A stretch of 64,000 nucleotides of DNA from positions 52,514,001-52,578,000 of the forward strand of contig OZ024747.1 of assembly GCA_964016885.1 (NCBI GenBank). Direction: 5' to 3'. Position 1 is the first letter of the stretch; every line of letters begins with the position of its first letter. Made by a program: the position numbers and the translations under genes. Under the pieces are notes generated by a model. It searched no databases and had not been told where the DNA came from. It worked only from the letters and a program-made list of their open reading frames with translations. The stretch comes from Eledone cirrhosa. Lineage: Eukaryota. Below are positions 1 through 10,600 of this stretch, one piece after another.

Positions 1-1489
1 TGTAGGGTAAAACAGAGAGAACCAGTACATAGGACAGAGTTGGTGTAGAGTAAAACAGAGAGAACCAGTACATAGGACAGAGTCGGTGTAGAGTAAAACA
101 GAGAGAACCAGTACATAGGACAGTGTTGGTGTAGAGTAAAACAGAGAGAACCAGTACATAGGACAGTGTTGGTGTAGGGTAAAACAGAGAGAACCAGTAC
201 GTAGCACAGAGTCGGTGTAGAGTAAAACAGAGAGAACCAGTACGTAGCACAAAGTCGGTGTAGAGTAAAACAGAGAGAACCAGTACATAGGACAGTGTTG
301 GTGTAGAGTAAAACAGAGAGAACCAGTACATAGGACAGTGTTGGTGTAGAGTAAAACAGAGAGAACCAGTACATAGGACAGAGTAGGTGTAGTGTAAAAC
401 AGAGAACAGAGAGAACCAGTACGTAGCACAGTGTTGGTGTAGAGTAAAACAGAGAGAACCAGTACGTAGCACAGAGTCGGTGTAGAGTAAAACAGAGAGA
501 ACCAGTACGTAGCACAGACTCGGTGTAGAGTAAAACAGAGAGAACCAGTACGTAGCACAGAGTCGGTGTAGAGTAAAACAGAGAGAGCCAGTACATAGAA
601 CAGAGTCGGTGTAGAGTAAAACAGAGAGAACCAGTACATAGGACAGAGTCACTGTAGAGTAAAACAGAGAGAACTAGTACATAGGACAGAGTCAGAGTAG
701 AGTAAAACAGAGAGAACCAGTACATAGGACAGAGTCGGTGTAGAGTAAAACAGAGAGAACCAGTACATAGGACAGAGTTGATGTAGGGTAAAACAGAGAG
801 AACTAGTACATAGGACAGAGTTGGTGTAGTGTAAAACAGAGAGAACCAGTACATAGGACAGAGTCGGTGTAGAGTAAAACATAGAGAACCAGTACATAGG
901 ACAGAGTTGATGTAGGGTAAAACAGAGAGAACCAGTACATAGGACAGAGTAGGTGTAGAGTAAAACAGAGAGAACCAGTACATAGGACAGTGTTGGTGTA
1001 GAGTAAAACAGAGAGAACCAGTACGTAGCACAGAGTCGGTGTAGAGTAAAACAGAGAGAACCAGTACGTAGCACAGAGTCGGTGTAGAGTAAAACAGAGA
1101 GAACCAGTACATAGGACAGTGTTGGTGTAGAGTAAAACAGAGAGAACCAGTACATAGGACAGTGTTGGTGTAGAGTAAAACAGAGAGAACCAGTACATAG
1201 GACAGAGTAGGTGTAGTGTAAAACAGAGAACAGAGAGAACCAGTACATAGGACAGTGTTGGTGTAGAGTAAAACAGAGAGAACCAGTACGTAGCACAGAG
1301 TCGCTGTAGAGTAAAACAGAGAGAACCAGTAGATAGGACAGTGTTGGTGTAGAGTAAAACAGAGAGAACCAGTACATAGGACAGTGTTGGTGTAGAGTAA
1401 AACAGAGAGAACCAGTACATAGGACAGAGTAGGTGTAGTGTAAAACAGAGAGAACCAGTACATATGACAGAGTAGGTGTAGAGTAAAAC

Positions 1490-3735
1490 AGAGAGAACCA
1501 GTATATAGGACAGAGTCGGTGTAGAGTAAAACAGAGAGAACCAGTACGTAGCACAGAGTCGCTGTAGAGTAAAACAGAGAGAACCAGTACGTAGCACAGA
1601 GTCGGTGTAGAGTAAAACAGAGAGAACCAGTACATAGGACAGTGTTGGTGTAGAGTAAAACAGAGAGGACCAGTACATAGGACAGTGTTGGTGTAGAGTA
1701 AAACAGAGAGAACCAGTACGTAGCACAGAGTCGCTGTAGAGTAAAACAGAGAGAACCAGTACATAGGACAGTGTTGGTGTAGAGTAAAACAGAGAGAACC
1801 AGTACATAGAACAGAGTCGGTGTAGAGTAAGACAGAGAGAACCAGTACATAGGACAGTGTTGGTGTAGAGTAAAACAGAGAGAACCAGTACGTAGCACAG
1901 AGTTGGTGTAGAGTAAAACAGAGAGAACCAGTACATAGGACAGTGTTGGTGTAGAGTAAAACAGAGAGAACCAGTACATAGGACATTGTTGGTGTAGAGT
2001 AAAACAGAGAGAACCAGTACGTAGCACAGTGTTGGTGTAGAGTAAAACAGAGAGAACCAGTACGTAGCACAGAGTCGGTGTAGAGTAAAACAGAGAGAAC
2101 CAATACATAGGACAGTGTTGGTGTAGAGTAAAACAGAGAGAACCAGTACATAGGACAGAGTCACTGTAGAGTAAAACAGAGAGAACCAGTACGTAGCACA
2201 GTTGTGGTGTAGAGTAAAACAGAGAGAACCAGTACGTAGCACAGAGTCGCTGTAGAGTAAAACAGAGAGAACCAGTACATAGAACAGAGTCGGTGTAGAG
2301 TAAAACAGAGAGAACCAGTACATAGGACAGAGTCACTGTAGAGTAAAACAGAGAACTAGTACATAGGACAGAGTCAGAGTAGAGTAAAACAGAGAGAACC
2401 AGTACATAGGAGACAGTCGGTGTAGAGTAAAACAGAGAGAACCAGTACATAGGACAGAGTTGATGTAGGGTAAAACAGAGAGAACCAGTACATAGGACAG
2501 AGTTGGTGTACTGTAAAACAGAGAGAACCAGTACATAGGACAGAGTCGGTGTAGAGTAAAACATAGAGAACACGTACATAGGACAGAGTTGATGTAGGGT
2601 AAAACAGAGAGAACCAGTACATAGGACAGAGTTGGTGTAGAGTAAAACAGAGAGAACCAGTACATAGGAGAGTCAGAGTAGAGTAAAACAGAGAGAACCA
2701 GTACATAGGACAGAGTTGGTGTAGAGTAAAACAGAGAGAACCAGTACACAGGACAGAGTTGGTGTAGAGTAAAACAGAGAGAACCAGTACATATGACAGA
2801 GTAGGTGTAGAGTAAAACAGAGAGAACCAGTACATAGGACAGAGTCGGTGTTGAGTAAAACAGAGAGAACCAGTACATAGGAGAGTGTTGGTGTAGAGTA
2901 AAACAGAGAGAACCAGTACATAGGACAGTGTTGGTGTAGAGTAAAACAGAGAGAACCAGTACATAGGACAGAGTAGCTGTAGTGTAAAACAGAGAACAGA
3001 GAGAACCAGTACATAGGACAGTGTTGGTGTAGAGTAAAACAGAGAGAACCAGTACGTAGCACAGAGTCGGTGTAGAGTAAAACAGAGAGAACCAGTATAT
3101 AGGACAGAGTCGGTGTAGAGTAAAACAGAGAGAACCAGTACGTAGCACAGAGTCGCTGTAGAGTAAAACAGAGAGAACCAGTACGTAGCACAGAGTCGGT
3201 GTAGAGTAAAACAGAGAGAACCAGTACATAGGACAGTGTTGGTGTAGAGTAAAACAGAGAGGACCAGTACATAGGACAGTGTTGGTGTAGAGTAAAACAG
3301 AGAGAACCAGTACGTAGCACAGAGTCGCTGTAGAGTAAAACAGAGAGAACCAGTACATAGGACAGTGTTGGTGTAGAGTAAAACAGAGAGAACCAGTACA
3401 TAGAACAGAGTCGGTGTAGAGTAAGACAGAGAGAACCAGTACATAGGACAGTGTTGGTGTAGAGTAAAACAGAGAGAACCAGTACGTAGCACAGAGTTGG
3501 TGTAGAGTAAAACAGAGAGAACCAGTACATAGGACAGTGTTGGTGTAGAGTAAAACAGAGAGAACCAGTACATAGGACATTGTTGGTGTAGAGTAAAACA
3601 GAGAGAACCAGTACGTAGCACAGTGTTGGTGTAGAGTAAAACAGAGAGAACCAGTACGTAGCACAGAGTCGGTGTAGAGTAAAACAGAGAGAACCAATAC
3701 ATAGGACAGTGTTGGTGTAGAGTAAAACAGAGAGA
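1490..3735. repeat. ~0.65-kb block present twice (about 1490-2140 and 3085-3735), offset 1594 bp
   Basis: Rare variants recur in the same order: gtatatagg at 1501/3095, gagaggacc, gtaagacag, cattgttgg, and the private ccaatac at ~2101/3695. The offset 1594 = 37x43 + 7 - 2 - 2, matching the indel monomers in between. Confidence 0.75.
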
Positions 3736-6683
3736 ACCAGTACATAGGACATTGTTGGTGTAGAGTAAAACAGAGAGAACCAGTACGTAGCACAGTGTTG
3801 GTGTAGAGTAAAACAGAGAGAACCAGTACGTAGCACAGAGTCGGTGTAGAGTAAAACAGAGAGAACCAGTACGTAGCACAGAGTCGGTGTAGAGTAAAAC
3901 AGAGAGAACCAGTACGTAGCACAGAGTCGGTGTAGAGTAAAACAGAGAGAACCAGTACATAGGACAGTGTTGGTGTAGAGTAAAACAGAGAGAACCAGTA
4001 CATAGGACAGTGTTGGTGTAGAGTAAAACAGAGAGAACCAGTACGTAGCACAGTGTTGGTGTAGAGTAAAACAGAGAGAACCAGTACGTAGCACAGAGTC
4101 GGTGTAGAGTAAAACAGAGAGAGCCAGTACATAGAACAGAGTCGGTGTAGAGTAAAACAGAGAGAACCAGTACATAGGACAGAGTCACTGTAGAGTAAAA
4201 CAGAGAGAACTAGTACATAGGACAGAGTCAGAGTAGAGTAAAACAGAGAGAACCAGTACATAGGACAGAGTCGGTGTAGAGTAAAACAGAGAGAACCAGT
4301 ACATAGGACAGAGTTGATGTAGGGTAAAACAGAGAGAACTAGCACATAGGACAGAGTTGGTGTAGTGTAAAACAGAGAGAACCAGTACATAGGACAGAGT
4401 CGGTGTAGAGTAAAACATAGAGAACCAGTACATAGGACAGAGTTGATGTAGGGTAAAACAGAGAGAACCAGTACATAGGACAGAGTAGGTGTAGAGTAAA
4501 ACAGAGAGAACCAGTACATAGGACAGTGTTGGTGTAGAGTAAAACAGAGAGAACCAGTACGTAGCACAGAGTCGGTGTAGAGTAAAACAGAGAGAACCAG
4601 TACGTAGCACAGAGTCGGTGTAGAGTAAAACAGAGAGAACCAGTACATAGGACAGTGTTGGTGTAGAGTAAAACAGAGAGAACCAGTACATAGGACAGTG
4701 TTGGTGTAGAGTAAAACAGAGAGAACCAGTACATAGGACAGAGTAGGTGTAGTGTAAAACAGAGAACAGAGAGAACCAGTACATAGGACAGTGTTGGTGT
4801 AGAGTAAAACAGAGAGAACCAGTACGTAGCACAGAGTCGCTGTAGAGTAAAACAGAGAGAACCAGTACATAGGACAGTGTTGGTGTAGAGTAAAACAGAG
4901 AGAACCAGTACATAGGACAGTGTTGGTGTAGAGTAAAACAGAGAGAACCAGTACATAGGACAGAGTAGGTGTAGTGTAAAACAGAGAGAACCAGTACATA
5001 TGACAGAGTAGGTGTAGAGTAAAACAGAGAGAACCAGTATATAGGACAGAGTCGGTGTAGAGTAAAACAGAGAGAACCAGTACGTAGCACAGAGTCGCTG
5101 TAGAGTAAAACAGAGAGAAACAGTACGTAGCACAGAGTCGGTGTAGAGTAAAACAGAGAGAACCAGTACATAGGACAGTGTTGGTGTAGAGTAAAACAGA
5201 GAGGACCAGTACATAGGACAGTGTTGGTGTAGAGTAAAACAGAGAGAACCAGTACGTAGCACAGAGTCGCTGTAGAGTAAAACAGAGAGAACCAGTACAT
5301 AGGACAGTGTTGGTGTAGAGTAAAACAGAGAGAACCAGTACATAGAACAGAGTCGGTGTAGAGTAAGACAGAGAGAACCAGTACATAGGACAGTGTTGGT
5401 GTAGAGTAAAACAGAGAGAACCAGTACGTAGCACAGTGTTGATGTAGAGTAAAACAGAGAGAACCAGTACGTAGCACAGAGTCGGTGTAGAGTAAGACAG
5501 AGAGAACCAGTACATAGGACAGTGTTGGTGTAGAGTAAAACAGAGAGAACCAGTACGTAGCACAGAGTCGGTGTAGAGTAAAACAGAGAGAACCAGTACG
5601 TAGCACAGAGTCGGTGTAGAGTAAAACAGAGAGAACCAGTACATAGGACAGTGTTGGTGTAGAGTAAAACAGAGAGAACCAGTACATAGGACATTGTTGG
5701 TGTAGAGTAAAACAGAGAGAACCAGTACGTAGCACAGTGTTGGTGTAGAGTAAAACAGAGAGAACCAGTACGTAGCACAGAGTCGGTGTAGAGTAAAACA
5801 GAGAGAACCAGTACGTAGCACAGAGTCGGTGTAGAGTAAAACAGAGAGAACCAGTACATAGGACAGTGTTGGTGTAGAGTAAAACAGAGAGAACCAGTAC
5901 ATAGGACAGTGTTGGTGTAGAGTAAAACAGAGAGAACCAGTACGTAGCACAGTGTTGGTGTAGAGTAAAACAGAGAGAACCAGTACGTAGCACAGAGTCG
6001 ATGTAGAGTAAAACAGAGAGAACCAGTACATAGGACAGTGTTGGTGTAGAGTAAAACAGAGAGAACCAGTACATAGGACAGTGTTGGTGTAGAGTAAAAC
6101 ATAGAGAACACGTACATAGGACAGAGTTGATGTAGGGTAAAACAGAGAGAACCAGTACATAGGACAGAGTTGGTGTAGAGTAAAACAGAGAGAACCAGTA
6201 CATAGGAGAGTCAGAGTAGAGTAAAACAGAGAGAACCAGTACATAGGACAGAGTTGGTGTAGAGTAAAACAGAGAGAACCAGTACACAGGACAGAGTTGG
6301 TGTAGAGTAAAACAGAGAGAACCAGTACATATGACAGAGTAGGTGTAGAGTAAAACAGAGAGAACCAGTACATAGGACAGAGTCGGTGTAGAGTAAAACA
6401 GAGAGAACCAGTACATAGGAGAGTGTTGGTGTAGAGTAAAACAGAGAGAACCAGTACGTAGCACAGTGTTGGTGTAGAGTAAAACAGAGAGAACCAGTAC
6501 GTAGCACAGAGTCGGTGTAGAGTAAAACAGAGAGAACCAGTACGTAGCACAGACTCGGTGTAGAGTAAAACAGAGAGAACCAGTACGTAGCACAGAGTCG
6601 GTGTAGAGTAAAACAGAGAGAACCAGTACATAGAACAGAGTCGGTGTAGAGTAAAACAGAGAGAACCAGTACATAGGACAGAG

Positions 6684-7679
6684 TCACTGTAGAGTAAAAC
6701 AGAGAGAACTAGTACATAGGACAGAGTCAGAGTAGAGTAAAACAGAGAGAACCAGTACATAGGACAGAGTCGGTGTAGAGTAAAACAGAGAGAACCAGTA
6801 CATAGGACAGAGTTGATGTAGGGTAAAACAGAGAGAACTAGTACATAGGACAGAGTTGGTGTAGTGTAAAACAGAGAGAACCAGTACATAGGACAGAGTC
6901 GGTGTAGAGTAAAACATAGAGAACCAGTACATAGGACAGAGTTGATGTAGGGTAAAACAGAGAGAACCTGTACATAGGACAGAGTTGGTGTAGAGTAAAA
7001 CAGAGAGAACCAGTACATAGGACAGTGTTGGTGTAGAGTAAAACAGAGAGAACCAGTACGTAGCACAGAGTCGGTGTAGAGTAAAACAGAGAGAACCAGT
7101 ACGTAGCACAGAGTCGGTGTAGAGTAAAACAGAGAGAACCAGTACATAGGACAGTGTTGGTGTAGAGTAAAACAGAGAGAACCAGTACATAGGACAGTGT
7201 TGGTGTAGGGTAAAACAGAGAGAACCAGTACGTAGCACAGAGTCGGTGTAGAGTAAAACAGAGAGAACCAGTACGTAGCACAGAGTCGGTGTAGAGTAAA
7301 ACAGAGAGAACCAGTACATAGGACAGTGTTGGTGTAGAGTAAAACAGAGAGAACCAGTACATAGGACAGTGTTGGTGTAGAGTAAAACAGAGAGAACCAG
7401 TACATAGGACAGAGTAGGTGTAGTGTAAAACAGAGAACAGAGAGAACCAGTACGTAGCACAGTGTTGGTGTAGAGTAAAACAGAGAGAACCAGTACGTAG
7501 CACAGAGTCGGTGTAGAGTAAAACAGAGAGAACCAGTACGTAGCACAGACTCGGTGTAGAATAAAACAGAGAGAACCAGTACGTAGCACAGAGTCGGTGT
7601 AGAGTAAAACAGAGACAGCCAGTACATAGAACAGAGTCGGTGTAGAGTAAAACAGAGAGAACCAGTACATAGGACAGAG
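6684..7679. repeat. 996-bp higher-order repeat unit (23 monomers, one of them 50 bp); representative copy
   Basis: The landmark module gagtcactgtagagtaaaacagagagaactagt recurs at 996-bp spacing at 6684/7680, 36104/37100, 47523/48519 and 52148/53144. Shorter versions are 38701/39654 (953 = 996-43) and 57930/58840 (910 = 996-86). 996 = 23x43 + 7. Confidence 0.85.
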
Positions 7680-10600
7680 TCACTGTAGAGTAAAACAGAG
7701 AGAACTAGTACATAGGACAGAGTCAGAGTAGAGTAAAACAGAGAGAACCAGTACATAGGACAGAGTCGGTGTAGAGTAAAACAGAGAGAACCAGTACATA
7801 GGACAGAGTTGATGTAGGGTAAAACAGAGAGAACTAGTACATAGGACAGAGTTGGTGTAGTGTAAAACAGAGAGAACCAGTACATAGGACAGAGTCGGTG
7901 TAGAGTAAAACATAGAGAACCAGTACATAGGACAGAGTTGATGTAGGGTAAAACAGAGAGAACCAGTACATAGGACAGAGTAGGTGTAGAGTAAAACAGA
8001 GAGAACCAGTACATAGGACAGTGTTGGTGTAGAGTAAAACAGAGAGAACCAGTACGTAGCACAGAGTCGGTGTAGAGTAAAACAGAGAGAACCAGTACGT
8101 AGCACAGAGTCGGTGTAGAGTAAAACAGAGAGAACCAGTACATAGGACAGTGTTGGTGTAGAGTAAAACAGAGAGAACCAGTACATAGGACAGTGTTGGT
8201 GTAGAGTAAAACAGAGAGAACCAGTACATAGGACAGAGTAGGTGTAGTGTAAAACAGAGAACAGAGAGAACCAGTACATAGGACAGTGTTGGTGTAGAGT
8301 AAAACAGAGAGAACCAGTACGTAGCACAGAGTCGCTGTAGAGTAAAACAGAGAGAACCAGTACATAGGACAGTGTTGGTGTAGAGTAAAACAGAGAGAAC
8401 CAGTACATAGGACAGTGTTGGTGTAGAGTAAAACAGAGAGAACCAGTACATAGGACAGAGTAGGTGTAGTGTAAAACAGAGAGAACCAGTACATATGACA
8501 GAGTAGGTGTAGAGTAAAACAGAGAGAACCAGTATATAGGACAGAGTCGGTGTAGAGTAAAACAGAGAGAACCAGTACGTAGCACAGAGTCGCTGTAGAG
8601 TAAAACAGAGAGAACCAGTACGTAGCACAGAGTCGGTGTAGAGTAAAACAGAGAGAACCAGTACATAGGACAGTGTTGGTGTAGAGTAAAACAGAGAGGA
8701 CCAGTACATAGGACAGTGTTGGTGTAGAGTAAAACAGAGAGAACCAGTACGTAGCACAGAGTCGCTGTAGAGTAAAACAGAGAGAACCAGTACATAGGAC
8801 AGTGTTGGTGTAGAGTAAAACAGAGAGAACCAGTACATAGAACAGAGTCGGTGTAGAGTAAGACAGAGAGAACCAGTACATAGGACAGTGTTGGTGTAGA
8901 GTAAAACAGAGAGAACCAGTACGTAGCACAGTGTTGGTGTAGAGTAAAACAGAGAGAACCAGTACGTAGCACAGAGTCGGTGTAGAGTAAGACAGAGAGA
9001 ACCAGTACATAGGACAGTGTTGGTGTAGAGTAAAACAGAGAGAACCAGTACGTAGCACAGAGTCGGTGTAGAGTAAAACAGAGAGAACCAGTACGTAGCA
9101 CAGAGTCGGTGTAGAGTAAAACAGAGAGAACCAGTACATAGGACAGTGTTGGTGTAGAGTAAAACAGAGAGAACCAGTACATAGGACATTGTTGGTGTAG
9201 AGTAAAACAGAGAGAACCAGTACGTAGCACAGTGTTGGTGTAGAGTAAAACAGAGAGAACCAGTACGTAGCACAGAGTCGGTGTAGAGTAAAACAGAGAG
9301 AACCAGTACGTAGCACAGAGTCGGTGTAGAGTAAAACAGAGAGAACCAGTACATAGGACAGTGTTGGTGTAGAGTAAAACAGAGAGAACCAGTACATAGG
9401 ACAGTGTTGGTGTAGAGTAAAACAGAGAGAACCAGTACGTAGCACAGTGTTGGTGTAGAGTAAAACAGAGAGAACCAGTACGTAGCACAGAATCGATGTA
9501 GAGTAAAACAGAGAGAACCAGTACATAGGACAGTGTTGGTGTAGAGTAAAACAGAGAGAACCAGTACATAGGACAGAGTCACTGTAGAGTAAAACAGAGA
9601 GAACCAGTACGTAGCACAGTTGTGGTGTAGAGTAAAACAGAGAGAACCAGTACGTAGCACAGAGTCGCTGTAGAGTAAAACAGAGAGAACCAGTACATAG
9701 AACAGAGTCGGTGTAGAGTAAAACAGAGAGAACCAGTACATAGGACAGAGTCACTGTAGAGTAAAACAGAGAACTAGTACATAGGACAGAGTCAGAGTAG
9801 AGTAAAACAGAGAGAACCAGTACATAGGAGAGAGTCGGTGTAGAGTAAAACAGAGAGAACCAGTACATAGGACAGAGTTGATGTAGGGTAAAACAGAGAG
9901 AACCAGTACATAGGACAGAGTTGGTGTACTGTAAAACAGAGAGAACCAGTACATAGGACAGAGTCGGTGTAGAGTAAAACATAGAGAACACGTACATAGG
10001 ACAGAGTTGATGTAGGGTAAAACAGAGAGAACCAGTACATAGGAGAGTCAGAGTAGAGTAAAACAGAGAACCAGTACATAGGACAGAGTTGGTGTAGAGT
10101 AAAACAGAGAGAACCAGTACACAGGACAGAGTTGGTGTAGAGTAAAACAGAGAGAACCAGTACATATGACAGAGTAGGTGTAGAGTAAAACAGAGAGAAC
10201 CAGTACATAGGACAGAGTCGGTGTAGAGTAAAACAGAGAGAACCAGTACATAGGACAGAGTTGATGTAGGGTAAAACAGAGAGAACTAGTACATAGGACA
10301 GAGTTGGTGTAGTGTAAAACAGAGAGAACCAGTACATAGGACAGAGTCGGTGTAGAGTAAAACATAGAGAACCAGTACATAGGACAGAGTTGATGTAGGG
10401 TAAAACAGAGAGAACCAGTACATAGGACAGAGTTGGTGTAGAGTAAAACAGAGAGAACCAGTACATAGGACAGTGTTGGTGTAGAGTAAAACAGAGAGAA
10501 CCAGTACGTAGCACAGAGTCGGTGTAGAGTAAAACAGAGAGAACCAGTACGTAGCACAGAGTCGGTGTAGAGTAAAACAGAGAGAACCAGTACATAGGAC

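Noticed and set aside
1-10. Telomeric repeat similarity (tgtagggt resembling TTAGGG)
   Set aside because: It occurs only as a minor single-base variant (G6) of the monomer. There are no tandem TTAGGG-type units, and G-runs are too sparse for canonical G-quadruplex motifs.
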